Assembly (NCBI GenBank): GCA_003021725.1
Contig: PXRA01000065.1
Location: forward strand, 118 to 64,117
Direction: 5' to 3'
Origin: Halobacteriales archaeon QH_8_64_26
GTDB lineage: Archaea; Halobacteriota; Halobacteria; Halobacteriales; Halococcaceae
Length of the DNA: 64,000 bases
A program made the position numbers and the translations under genes. The notes beneath the pieces were generated by a model, which ran no database searches, was not told where the DNA came from, and worked only from the letters and a program-made list of their open reading frames with translations. How positions within the stretch are numbered: position 1 is the first letter of the stretch; each line of letters starts with the position of its first letter. Positions 50,269 through 59,674 of the stretch are shown here, one piece after another.

Positions 50269-50493
50269 ATGAAACGCGTCGGCGAGGTGATACGGGTCGC
50301 CCAGGGGCTCGCGATCGTTCGCTCGCCGGACGAGGAACACCCCGACATCGGCACGCCGGTCGTCGATCAGACCCTCTCGAAGGCGGGTCGGGTGGTCGAC
50401 GTGTTCGGCCCCGTCGAGCGGCCCTACCTCGCGGTCAGTACCACGGGGTCGCCCGCCGAACTGTTCGGAACGGTGCTGTACGCCCGAAATTAG
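50269..50493 (+). CDS. gar1: H/ACA RNP component Gar1
   Basis: 74 aa. MKRVGEVIRVAQGLAIVRS...AGRVVDVFGPVERPYLAV is typical of archaeal Gar1. Confidence 0.85.
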   Translation: MKRVGEVIRVAQGLAIVRSPDEEHPDIGTPVVDQTLSKAGRVVDVFGPVERPYLAVSTTGSPAELFGTVLYARN

Positions 50494-51283
50494 CTCCAAG
50501 CTTCTTCCATCCTTTGTGGAAGCCGACTTCCTCCTGCTGTAATAACTCTTGTATTATTCGAAACGCCACCCTCTACCTCCTCATTAAAGCGCACTCGTTG
50601 TCTGTTCCGTATGATCACTGTCCCCGACTGACACGACAAAATGCGCGACCAGAGCGTATCCCAGTAGAAAATCGACTTGCGATCAACAACCTCTGGTCCA
50701 TCGCTGCCTCGGACGAGTATCTCTGGGGATTTCAGGTGTTCAATAGTCTTATTGCTAATGCCACTGAGGGTATCAACTCCCCCTAACGGCAGTCTTACGC
50801 GGGATTGTTCCTCGTGATTATCAGGAATATATACTCTCGTAGGGTTATCTACGCTTATGCCGTGTATATCTATAAATATGGTCTCTTTCTGGAGATTGTT
50901 TGGCATACCCGTCCTATCAAGAACAACTGGCAAGCAAAAGAAGGCCTCATCTGGTTCTAGGTACATTTCGCATAGCCGCTTCCACTGATCCTATCGATAC
51001 TAAATTTCACGAAGCTGCTTGGACTATTTGTACCGAATTTGTCTTTGTACCCTTGAACCGTCCCTGTCGTTTTCTTCGGACGCTTGTACTGTAAAGCAAA
51101 CGATTTTGCATAATCCCAATTCATAACGACATCATAGCCATAACAATCCTCATCACGGCGAGTCGGCGAAACCGCTACGGCTCGTGGAAGCACTTAATGC
51201 ACATGATCCAGCACCTCAGACGTGATATTAATTGTCAGTGTGTTTTCTGTAGGTGGATTTCCCGATGATGATCTGTGTGACAT
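50490..51283 (-). pseudogene. decayed low-GC foreign ORF (in-frame TAA plus frame change), unknown function
   Basis: Three colinear minus-strand pieces: 51283..51197, then TAA at 51194..51196, then 51193..50957, then a frame change, then 50966..50490. Strongly AT-rich relative to the flanks. Confidence 0.5.
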
Positions 51284-51337
51284 GGAACTTACGAGGAATC
51301 CGTATGATTATCAGTAGTTATGGTGCATTCTGACCAT

Positions 51338-51351
51338 GTTCGATATCGAAC
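51338..51351. promoter_or_regulatory. perfect 14-bp palindrome GTTCGATATCGAAC upstream of the presenilin-like gene
   Basis: Read directly. It ends 36 nt before the ATG at 51388, at the right edge of the AT-rich segment. Confidence 0.3.
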
Positions 51352-51387
51352 CCAAACCCCGAAGTCCTCATAGTCGCTTCCCCCCGC

Positions 51388-52545
51388 ATGGACCACCCAG
51401 GGCGCGTCTACGCCGCCGTCCTCGCGACGCTCGGGCTCTTTCTCACGATCCAACTCGGCGCGCTCGCACTCGTGCAGCCCTTCCAGCGCGCGGGCTTACA
51501 AGCCGTTTCGAACCCCTCCGATCCTACCAATAGCTTCGTCTACCTCGGGGCAATCCTCGTCGCGACCGGCGTCTTTCTGGTCGCGATCAAGCTAGACGTG
51601 AAGTGGCTCATTCGGGGACTGATCGTGCTCTCCAGTGGGTCGATCGCGCTCTATGGCTTCTCGGTGCTCGTCCCGCCCTTCCTCGTCGTCTCGATCGGTG
51701 GGGCACCGCTGAACGCATTGGCGGTCGGCGGGGCGATCACGCTCGCGCTCGCGCTGTTGGTCTACCCCGAGTGGTACGTCATCGACGGCGTCGGCCTCGT
51801 CATGGGTGCCGGTGCCGCGGGGCTCTTTGGCATCAGTTTCGGGCCCCTCCCTGCAATCGTCCTGCTCTCGGTGCTCGCGGTCTACGACGCGGTAAGCGTC
51901 TATGGCACCGAACACATGCTCACCCTCGCCGAAGGCGTCATGGAGATCAAAGTGCCCGTCGTGCTCGTGGTTCCGCTGACGCTTTCCTATTCCTATCTCG
52001 ACGGCGGCTCGGAAAGCGAGGAAACCGACGCTGACGAACCCGGCACAGAGGGTGGGAACTCGACCGAGGGCGACGCGGAGAAACCGGCCCCCGCTGCCGA
52101 AAGCGAGGCCTGGATCAAAGACACTCCCGAGGGCCTGGGCGTCGAACCGGCGGCGAACGGCGGCGCTATAGAGGGCACCGGTTCGGAGGCAAGCGACGAG
52201 GACGACGCCGACGAGGACGGCGATGGCGAGGGCTTCGGGAACCGCGATGCCTTCTTCATCGGCCTCGGCGACGCGGTAATGCCGACGGTGATGGTCGCGA
52301 GCGCGGCCTTCTTCTCGCCGGCCCCCCCCCTCGGCGTGCCCGCTATCGCGCTCAACCTGCCGGCACTCACCTCGCTCGTGGGGACGCTCTGTGGATTGGT
52401 CGTACTGCTCTGGTTGGTGCTGAAGGGTCGCGCCCACGCCGGTCTCCCGCTGCTCAACGGCGGCGCGATCGGGGGCTACCTGCTGGGGGCGCTCGCGAGC
52501 GGAATCTCGCTGGTGAGTGCGATCGGTCTCGGGCCCTATCTCTGA
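51388..52545 (+). CDS. presenilin/signal-peptide-peptidase-like intramembrane aspartyl protease (PSH family)
   Basis: Multi-TM protein with catalytic YD (LAVYDAVSVYG) and GLGD (FFIGLGDAV) motifs, separated by a ~75-aa D/E/G-rich loop. Confidence 0.8.
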   Translation: MDHPGRVYAAVLATLGLFLTIQLGALALVQPFQRAGLQAVSNPSDPTNSFVYLGAILVATGVFLVAIKLDVKWLIRGLIVLSSGSIALYGFSVLVPPFLVVSIGGAPLNALAVGGAITLALALLVYPEWYVIDGVGLVMGAGAAGLFGISFGPLPAIVLLSVLAVYDAVSVYGTEHMLTLAEGVMEIKVPVVLVVPLTLSYSYLDGGSESEETDADEPGTEGGNSTEGDAEKPAPAAESEAWIKDTPEGLGVEPAANGGAIEGTGSEASDEDDADEDGDGEGFGNRDAFFIGLGDAVMPTVMVASAAFFSPAPPLGVPAIALNLPALTSLVGTLCGLVVLLWLVLKGRAHAGLPLLNGGAIGGYLLGALASGISLVSAIGLGPYL

Positions 52546-52576
52546 ATCCAAGTACACTGAGACCGAGACCAGGGTC

Positions 52577-52903
52577 GTGGACGGGACAGTGAACGCCGCC
52601 GCGGAGTGAACCCGTGAGATCGCGGCGGACCACGACGTCCCGATCGATCGGCTGATCGTCTTCGGCAGCCGGGTTCGAGAGGACTACCGCGAGCACAGCG
52701 ACAGCGACATCCTGCTGGTCTCGTCCGCCTTCGAGGGCGTGACCTACCACAAGCGCCCGCGGCCGTTCACCACGAACTGGAACTACGAGGAACTACCACC
52801 CCCGGAATTCATCGCCCTCACGCCGGCCGAATTCGAGGAGCAACGGCGACGTGATCCACATATCGTTCGAACCGCGACCGAAGAAGGTTTGTTGGTCAGC
52901 TAA
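52577..52903 (+). pseudogene. MNT-type minimal nucleotidyltransferase (antitoxin-like) interrupted by an in-frame TGA
   Basis: Hand translation gives VVDGTVNAAAE-TGA(52607..52609)-TREIAADHDVPIDRLIVFGSRVREDYREHSDSDILLVSS...EEGLLVS, TAA at 52901. It carries the GS-x10-DxD NTase motif. There is no canonical start after the TGA until GTG at 52739. Confidence 0.6.
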
Positions 52904-52950
52904 GATGTCTCTCGGCTGTGTCATCCCGTGCCGCGTGTGTCGCTCGTAGC

Positions 52951-53208
52951 CTACAGCAGGCGTGTATCGTCGCTTCTCTCGGTCGGTTCCGAACCGCGTT
53001 TGATATCGATAGCCCCGACGGCAGCCAAAACCAGGCCACAGACCGATCCGACGACCCGCCGGAGCACCCCCAGTTTCCATATGCCCTCTACTGGGGTCGG
53101 CACCGACGCTCCGGTCAGTAGCTCGAAGGAAACGAATCCTATCGGAACCAGTCCTATCACGATCATAAGAACATTGAACAGTATATCGGATCGCCGTTTC
53201 CCATCCAT
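52951..53208 (-). CDS. small two-TM membrane protein
   Basis: 85-aa ORF with two hydrophobic helices, in a region of somewhat lower GC. Confidence 0.45.
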   Translation of the reverse strand: MDGKRRSDILFNVLMIVIGLVPIGFVSFELLTGASVPTPVEGIWKLGVLRRVVGSVCGLVLAAVGAIDIKRGSEPTERSDDTRLL

Positions 53209-53241
53209 ATGTTGTCAACTGGAGCCTCTTACTCGAACTGC

Positions 53242-54078
53242 TTAGGTAGTAGCCTGTTCCGTTCCTTCGTTCGTCAAGCTCGTGTAGTACGTTACGCGGT
53301 AGGTGACGAGCAGCGAACTGACGAGCGTGCCGGCAATGAGCGAATAGGCTACCAGCGGAATCAGCGTTTCTACCGTCGAGGCCCCAGCCATTCGCTGGGC
53401 TGCGGTCTGTACCTCCGCGAGACTGAGTGGGGCTCCGTACGTCAGCCAGAACGTCGGAATCAAGACGAGTAGGTTGATCGCCTGAGCGAGGATCGTGTAC
53501 CCGAGCGTACTCAGTAGGTGCCGACGGACGAACCCGAAGCTCCGCTTGAACGCCCCCCAGGCTCCCGTGTCGCTGATCACGATCGCGACATCGTAGAACT
53601 GGATGAAGTAGATCGGGAGGAAAAAGACGAGAAGGGAGAGCACGACCGCAACGACGACACCGATACCCAAGGCTGCTCCCATCCCCGCTCCGCTGCCGAT
53701 ACCCCCGAGAGCGACGCCCCCACCGAGTACGAGGACGAACGAACCGATCGCCCAGAGGATACCGGCGAGAGCGAAGATAAGCAGTCGGATGATCGACGCC
53801 AGCAGGAGTGTGAGGTAGTTCGCGCTTCCCTCGCTCAGTAACGTCGCCAGGCTCGTTCCGCCAGCAGTCGCTTCTTCGGCCATGCCGAGAACCCCGCCGG
53901 TGAGGAAGGGACTCAGAAGCAGTGCTACGAGCCCCGCTCCGAGAACGACGAATCCGCCCCAGACCTGCCCGATGGTGGTGACGCTCCCGATCGCCGAGAG
54001 GACGAACACGCCCGCGAAGATGATCGGGTTTCTGCGAAGCGTTCCAGCAGCCGCCGCGAGCGCCGAGATTGCACCCAT
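53242..54078 (-). CDS. polytopic membrane protein, unknown function
   Basis: 278 aa with about 6 TM helices and a G/A/L/V-rich composition. Confidence 0.65.
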   Translation of the reverse strand: MGAISALAAAAGTLRRNPIIFAGVFVLSAIGSVTTIGQVWGGFVVLGAGLVALLLSPFLTGGVLGMAEEATAGGTSLATLLSEGSANYLTLLLASIIRLLIFALAGILWAIGSFVLVLGGGVALGGIGSGAGMGAALGIGVVVAVVLSLLVFFLPIYFIQFYDVAIVISDTGAWGAFKRSFGFVRRHLLSTLGYTILAQAINLLVLIPTFWLTYGAPLSLAEVQTAAQRMAGASTVETLIPLVAYSLIAGTLVSSLLVTYRVTYYTSLTNEGTEQATT

Positions 54079-54170
54079 GCGTACGAGTTGTTATGCAACT
54101 AACCATAAGCTTCCGGGTCGTTTCCATCGGTGCCATCTCAGGACCGCTCGACTTCAGCTACCGAACGTGG

Positions 54171-55226
54171 TCACTCCCCGGTCAGCGCCTCACTCGCAGG
54201 GAACCACTCCAGAGACTGGCCGAGGTCGTCCTCCAGCGCTTTCTCGTAGAGCATGTATGCCGCCGCGACGGTCTCGATCGCGGTGCCTCCACTATCGAAG
54301 ACGGTGATCTCCCCCGCCGACTCGCGGCCCGGCGCTTCCCCGGCGACGATCTCCCCGAGTTCCGCGTGGACGTGATCGTCCCCGATCGCCCCCTCTTCGA
54401 GCGCGCCGATAAAGGAGCCGGCGTCCCCCTCAGCGGTCGCCCGCCCACACAGGTCGGGGACGTACTTCGCGCGGGAGATCGTCGTCGAATCGAGTTCGCG
54501 CTTGCCGGGGTCGTACTGGCCCATCGCCGTCACGTGCGTCCCGGCTTCGAGGCGCTCGCCGTCGAAGACCGGCTCGCTCGCGGTCGTCGCGGTGATCAGA
54601 ACGTCCGCGCCTTCGACCGCCGCGACACTGGAGGCGACGGCGGCCACGCTCGCGTCGTAGCGCTCGTTCATCTCGGCGGCGAAGCTTTCGCGGTTCTCCT
54701 TCGTCGGGGAAAAGACGTTCACCGTCTCGAACTCCCGGACCTCCGTCGCGGCGCGGAGCTGTCCGCGGGCCTGAGCGCCGCTGCCGATGATCCCCAGCTC
54801 GGTCGCGTCCTCCCGAGCGAGCGCGTCGATCCCGACCGCGCCTGCCGCGCCCGTTTTGAAAGGGTTCATGCTCGCGCCGTCGAGCACCGCGAGCAAGTAC
54901 CCCGAATCGGCGTCGAATAGCGGGCTCACGAACTGGGCGTCCCCGGCCCCGAAGCCGGCGGCGTACATATATCCCCCCATCGCCCCGGTCTCGGGAAGGA
55001 TCGCCGTGTAGCTCGTGAACATCCCGGGAGGGTCGGCGTTCGTGAGCTTGGTTCGTGGCTCGGCCGGCGCGCCCGTGCCCCGTTGGCGATAGCCCTCCCG
55101 GACGGCTGCGACGTACTCGCCGACGCCCGCCAGTCCCGCGAGATCCTCGCTACTCAAGTACCGGACGGCACTCGGGCCGTCCTCGGCGGTGCCGTTCGCC
55201 TCCTCGTCGACTCCGGAGTCGATCAT
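54171..55226 (-). CDS. ornithine cyclodeaminase / mu-crystallin family protein
   Basis: ATG at 55226 (MIDSGVDEE). GIIGSGAQARGQL Rossmann motif and the OCD/mu-crystallin layout. Confidence 0.85.
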   Translation of the reverse strand: MIDSGVDEEANGTAEDGPSAVRYLSSEDLAGLAGVGEYVAAVREGYRQRGTGAPAEPRTKLTNADPPGMFTSYTAILPETGAMGGYMYAAGFGAGDAQFVSPLFDADSGYLLAVLDGASMNPFKTGAAGAVGIDALAREDATELGIIGSGAQARGQLRAATEVREFETVNVFSPTKENRESFAAEMNERYDASVAAVASSVAAVEGADVLITATTASEPVFDGERLEAGTHVTAMGQYDPGKRELDSTTISRAKYVPDLCGRATAEGDAGSFIGALEEGAIGDDHVHAELGEIVAGEAPGRESAGEITVFDSGGTAIETVAAAYMLYEKALEDDLGQSLEWFPASEALTGE

Positions 55227-55437
55227 TCGCCTCGCTTCGGCCGAGCAGGTCTTAGGAGTGGCGACTCCCCCGACCGGGCGGTGCGCTGAGTCGTCGCCGC
55301 CGACGCCAGTCGCTATCAGAGGCCGATAGCCACCTCTCGGGTGGGATCGAACGACGTGCGTCATACGTCACAAACGTTCCTAATCATCTCGGAGCGAGCC
55401 CAAAAGGGCTTTTAGCGTCGCTTTCGCATGCCGCACA

Positions 55438-57291
55438 ATGAGCCGCCCGGTCGAAGTAAGCGTCGTCCTCCCCGCGTACAACGAGGAGCGGACGATCGAG
55501 GAAACCGTCGGGACTACACTCGACACTTTGGGAGGGTTCCTGCCGACCGGCACGTTCGAGGTGCTGATCGCCGAGGACGGCTGTGAGGACCGAACGCCCG
55601 AGATCGCCGCCGAAATGGCCGCGGCGGACGATCGGATTCGTCACGTTCACTCCGAAGGCCGTCTCGGGCGCGGGGGCGCGCTGCGGCGAGCCTTCCATGC
55701 AGCCCGGGGTGAGACGCTCGCCTACTTCGATACGGACCTGGCGACGGACATGTCCCATCTCGAGGAGCTGATCGAGTCCGTTCGATCCGGAGAAGCCGAC
55801 GTCGCGACCGGCTCGCGGTGGCTGTCCGAAAGCGTCGCCGACCGGCCGGCGAAGCGAGGTGTCCCGAGCAAGGCGTACAACGGGCTCGTCCGGTCCTTTC
55901 TCCGATCGGACGTCAAGGATCACCAGTGTGGGTTCAAGGCCTTCGACCGCGAGGCACTTCACCCGCTGCTCGAGGACGTCGAGGACGATCACTGGTTCTT
56001 CGATACCGAAGTACTCGTCCGCGCTCAGCGCGCGGGCTACTCGGTAACGGAGTTCCCGGTCGAGTGGACGCCGAAGGGCGATTCGAAGGTCGATCTCGTC
56101 CGCGATGTAGTAGGAATGGGGAGTCAGATCCTGCGCTGTTGGTGGCAACTGGCGATCCAGCCCCGGATCACCCGGCGGGTAACGGTCGCCGGTGGTACCC
56201 TCTTTACGCTTCTCGCCGTTTTGCTTATGACCCAGTACATCGACTTCGGGACGGTCATCGAACGGATGGAGGGGGCCGATCCAGCATTGATCGGGGCGGC
56301 TGCCCTGGTGTACTTGCTCTCCTGGCCGCTGCGTGGCGCGCGCTATCGCGACGTCCTCCGGGAGCTCGGCTTTCGTGAGCGGATCGACTTCCTCACGGGG
56401 GCGATCTTCATCTCCCAGACTGGTAATCTCGTTTTTCCCGCGCGGGCGGGCGATGCGGTCCGGGCCTACGTCGTCAAGACCCGCCGGCTCGTCCCCTATC
56501 CGACCGGGTTCGCCTCGCTGGCGATCGAGCGAGTCTTCGATCTGCTCACGATCACGGCGCTCGCGGGGACGGTCTTCGTCGGTCTCGCGGCCACGGGGAT
56601 CGCGACCCCCAGGGCGGTCGGCGCGCTCGTCGCGAGCGGCGGTGAGGGTGGAGCCAGTACCGGTAGCGGCCAACTCGCTGTTCTCCTGGCCGCTGGCGTC
56701 GGCCTCGCGGCGATCGCGGTCGTCGGTCTCATCATCGCGAGCGCCCGCTCGGAGCGCAACTTCGTTCGCGCTGGGGTCTCGCGGCTGAGTTCGGATACCT
56801 ACGCCGATCGGGTCGCACGGGTGATCGAGCGCTTCGCGGGCGACATCCAGACCGTCGCGAACGACCGGCGGGCCTTTCTCACAGTTGGGCTCTCCAGCGT
56901 CGCGATCTGGACGTTCGACGTCGTGACCGCCCTTTTAGTGTTCGCTGCCTTCGATGTCTCCTTGCCGCTTACGACGCTGATCGCCGTGGGATTTTTCGCC
57001 GTGAGCGTCGGGAACCTAGCGAAAGTCCTGCCCCTCTCCCCCGGTGGCGTCGGACTGTACGAGGGTGCCTTCACGCTGCTGGTCTTCGGCCTCACGCCGG
57101 TTCCGTGGGCGATCGCGCTGGGAGCGGCGATCGTCGATCACGCCGTCAAGAACGTCGTCACCGTGATCGGCGGTCTTCTCTCGATGGCACTGCTCAACGT
57201 CTCGCTCACGACCGCTGTCGAGGAGAGCCGGTCGGTCGGCCCCGTCGACACTGGCCGGGAGATCGAACCCGAACGTTCGGTCGAGGACTGA
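55438..57291 (+). CDS. family-2 glycosyltransferase fused to a flippase-like (LPG-synthase-TM/UPF0104) membrane domain
   Basis: VVLPAYNEE, AEDGCEDRT and YFDTDLATD form the GT2 core. About 8 TM helices follow in the C-terminal half. Confidence 0.85.
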   Translation: MSRPVEVSVVLPAYNEERTIEETVGTTLDTLGGFLPTGTFEVLIAEDGCEDRTPEIAAEMAAADDRIRHVHSEGRLGRGGALRRAFHAARGETLAYFDTDLATDMSHLEELIESVRSGEADVATGSRWLSESVADRPAKRGVPSKAYNGLVRSFLRSDVKDHQCGFKAFDREALHPLLEDVEDDHWFFDTEVLVRAQRAGYSVTEFPVEWTPKGDSKVDLVRDVVGMGSQILRCWWQLAIQPRITRRVTVAGGTLFTLLAVLLMTQYIDFGTVIERMEGADPALIGAAALVYLLSWPLRGARYRDVLRELGFRERIDFLTGAIFISQTGNLVFPARAGDAVRAYVVKTRRLVPYPTGFASLAIERVFDLLTITALAGTVFVGLAATGIATPRAVGALVASGGEGGASTGSGQLAVLLAAGVGLAAIAVVGLIIASARSERNFVRAGVSRLSSDTYADRVARVIERFAGDIQTVANDRRAFLTVGLSSVAIWTFDVVTALLVFAAFDVSLPLTTLIAVGFFAVSVGNLAKVLPLSPGGVGLYEGAFTLLVFGLTPVPWAIALGAAIVDHAVKNVVTVIGGLLSMALLNVSLTTAVEESRSVGPVDTGREIEPERSVED

Positions 57292-57306
57292 CCCATCATC
57301 GGTCCC

Positions 57307-57335
57307 GAGCGAGGATTGGTCGGTCATCCTCGCTC
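57307..57335 (+). terminator. 10-bp stem hairpin GAGCGAGGAT-n9-ATCCTCGCTC after the GT2 gene
   Basis: Perfect inverted repeat read directly, 16 nt after the TGA at 57289..57291. No T-run follows, so a terminator role is tentative. Confidence 0.3.
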
Positions 57336-57637
57336 TCTTAGCTCGGTGGGAGCCTCGACACGTTCGAGGACCGGATCTCCACTGATCTCTAAGGTTCAGT
57401 TCGGTCCGTCGCCCTATCGGTCCCATCGCTCCACCATGACGGTCGTGAGATTCTATAATACAACGTTAACTCCGGTCAGGAATTCCCCGCTGCCGGTAGC
57501 CGGGGGCGTTCGAGTACGGTCAGCACACCAACGAGTAAATAACTAAGTGCCTTTCCGGTCGATCACTGATACAACTAGCGGCGTGGAGTTTCTCGGGTCG
57601 GTGCCCCGCCCGGATAGCCCCTGCCGCAGTACACACA

Positions 57638-58621
57638 ATGAAAGGAACGGACACACGAACGCGAACGCGGGTCTCGAAAGAGCAGCGCGAGACCGAATCC
57701 GAGACGAACGAGGAGCGCAACACGCTCGATTGCCCGGAGTGTGGCGGGAAGGTCATCGCCGACGGTGGTCACGGCGAGACGGTCTGTGCGGACTGCGGGC
57801 TCGTTATCGCCGAAAACGAGATCGATCGCGGCCCGGAGTGGCGCGCGTTCGATTCCCAGGAAAAAAACCAGAAATCGAGGGTGGGAGCGCCGACTACGAA
57901 GATGATGCACGACAAGGGCCTCTCTACCAACATCGACTGGCGCGATAAGGACGCCTACGGTCGGTCGCTCGACTCGCGCCAGCGCGCGAAGATGCAACGG
58001 CTCCGGAAGTGGAACGAGCGCTTCCGGACTCGGGACTCGAAGGATCGCAATCTCAAACAGGCTCTGGGCGAGATCGACCGGATGGCAAGTGCCCTGGGCC
58101 TACCCGAGACGGTCAGAGAGACCGCGAGCGTGATCTACCGTCGTGCGCTCGACGAGAACCTGCTTCCCGGGCGCTCGATCGAGGGGGTCTCGACGTCTGC
58201 GGTCTACGCTGCCGCGCGTCAGGCCGGCGTGCCTCGCAGCTTAGATGAGATCACCGAGGTCTCCCGCGTCGAGAAAAGCGAGATCGCCCGCACCTACCGC
58301 TACGTCGTGCGCGAACTCGGTCTCGAGATCCAGCCCGCCGATCCCGAGAGCTACGTGCCCCGCTTCGCCTCGGCGCTGGAGGTCTCCGACGAGGCGGAGG
58401 GCCGGGCTCGCAAACTGCTCCGGAACGCCAAGGACCAGGGCGTTCACAGCGGTAAGAGTCCCGTCGGGCTAGCCGCCGCGGCGGTCTATGCCGCCGCGTT
58501 GCTCACCAACGAGAAGACGACCCAGGCCGCCGTCAGCGAGGTCGCGGACATCTCGGAGGTCACGATCCGCAATCGCTATCACGAGCTGCTCGAAGCCGAA
58601 CGGGACCTCCAGCTAGTCTAA
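57638..58621 (+). CDS. tfb: transcription initiation factor IIB (TFB)
   Basis: Zn ribbon CPECGG...CADCG, B-reader GPEWRAF and two cyclin repeats. Confidence 0.95.
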   Translation: MKGTDTRTRTRVSKEQRETESETNEERNTLDCPECGGKVIADGGHGETVCADCGLVIAENEIDRGPEWRAFDSQEKNQKSRVGAPTTKMMHDKGLSTNIDWRDKDAYGRSLDSRQRAKMQRLRKWNERFRTRDSKDRNLKQALGEIDRMASALGLPETVRETASVIYRRALDENLLPGRSIEGVSTSAVYAAARQAGVPRSLDEITEVSRVEKSEIARTYRYVVRELGLEIQPADPESYVPRFASALEVSDEAEGRARKLLRNAKDQGVHSGKSPVGLAAAAVYAAALLTNEKTTQAAVSEVADISEVTIRNRYHELLEAERDLQLV

Positions 58622-58700
58622 GACCCACTTTTTTGCTGGGGTCCTTGCTCGTTCGCTCACTGCGGGCCCCAGCAAAAACCTGGACTGAAAAGGCCGCTCG
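58622..58700 (+). repeat. post-stop repeat module (ACCCAC-T6-GCTGGGG ... CCCCAGCAAAAA + 28-nt block)
   Basis: A 12-bp stem pairs 58630..58641 with 58667..58678. The 28-nt block 58672..58699 matches 26/28 with the reverse complement of 59675..59702. Confidence 0.6.
58629..58634 (+). terminator. oligo-T tract directly after the tfb stop
   Basis: T6 begins 8 nt after the TAA. Archaeal termination typically uses oligo-T tracts. Confidence 0.4.
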
Positions 58701-58839
58701 CGTTGTCCTCGCGGGTGCAACGAGCGAGAGCGGGGAGCGGGAGGTGAGTGAGCGCCAGCGAACGAACGGGAGCGACCGTGGTTCGCTCCGGATGCACACC
58801 CTCCCCCCGACTCTATTTTATCGGTTCGCCTAGTGGGAT

Positions 58840-59535
58840 TCACTGCAACCCTTCGATCAGGTCGGCGATCGTGGCGAGGTCGTACTGGCCGGGGGCGGTC
58901 GCCTGGGCCGGATCGACCGGGGCGTAGCCGATTTTCGAGCCGTACAGCGGTGCGACGACGCGTGAGTGACGGCCCGCCTCACCCATCGCCATCGTCGCAA
59001 TCGGCGTCTCACCGGAGGACGATTGGTGGGTCGCACGGAGCAGTTCGAGGACGTCGCCGGGGTCCTGTGCCGTGACAGCGACCTTCCCGACGTCGCCGTA
59101 CTCGCTCGTCCGGCCGAGCAGCTCCGAAAGTCGGTTGCGGGGGGTGTGCTCGAAGTCGTGCGTCGAGACGATCACCTCCGCGTTATGGGTGCGAACGTGG
59201 GGAAGGATGCCCTCGACTCCGTCCTCGTTGCGCTCGCCGGTGACGGTCGCGAGTTCGACGTCGACGGCCGCGACCGCGGGGAACTCGGCCGCCGCTCGGA
59301 GCACGTCGAGACGCCGTGGGCCCTGGGAGGCGTCACCGCCCTCGCGTTCGGTTCGGTTGGTCGCGATGACCGGCAGCTCGCCGTCGTAGGCTTCGAGTGC
59401 GGCCAGTGGGTCCCGATCCCCATCGAGGAGGTCCATCCGGAACTCGATGGCATCGGCGTGGGGACGTGCCGCCGGTTCGTCCTCGAGACTCGTGGTGGCC
59501 GCGGCGAGCACGAAGGACTCGAAGTCGAGTTCCAT
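58840..59535 (-). CDS. aroD: 3-dehydroquinate dehydratase, type I
   Basis: ATG at 59535 (MELDFESFVLAA). AIEFRMDLL, VIVSTHDF, GKVAV and MAMGEAG are the type I DHQase pattern. Confidence 0.9.
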   Translation of the reverse strand: MELDFESFVLAAATTSLEDEPAARPHADAIEFRMDLLDGDRDPLAALEAYDGELPVIATNRTEREGGDASQGPRRLDVLRAAAEFPAVAAVDVELATVTGERNEDGVEGILPHVRTHNAEVIVSTHDFEHTPRNRLSELLGRTSEYGDVGKVAVTAQDPGDVLELLRATHQSSSGETPIATMAMGEAGRHSRVVAPLYGSKIGYAPVDPAQATAPGQYDLATIADLIEGLQ

Positions 59536-59674
59536 GCCTCGAATACAGCGGACCCAGGGAAAAGATCGAGGGCTGAAGGTTCCAGGCATCCAAGAGGGGA
59601 GCCGAAACGACAATGCATCCGCGAACGCCGCAGGCGCGAGCGGTTCCCCCCGAACGAGTGCCGGAGGCACGAGT

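Noticed and set aside
52793-54136. 447-aa minus-strand ORF spanning the two small membrane genes.
   Set aside because: R/G/S-rich with no hydrophobic pattern. The alternative frames (52951..53208 and 53242..54078) give clean TM proteins.
55384-56673. 429-aa ORF antisense to the GT2-flippase fusion gene.
   Set aside because: Shadow ORF. The opposite strand has GT2 motifs and TM helices.
57456-57464. TAATACAAC upstream of tfb as a third ThiR site.
   Set aside because: tfb has no thiamine link. This copy instead argues that the core may be a TATA-like promoter element, so it is kept as a caveat on the thiamine-locus finding.
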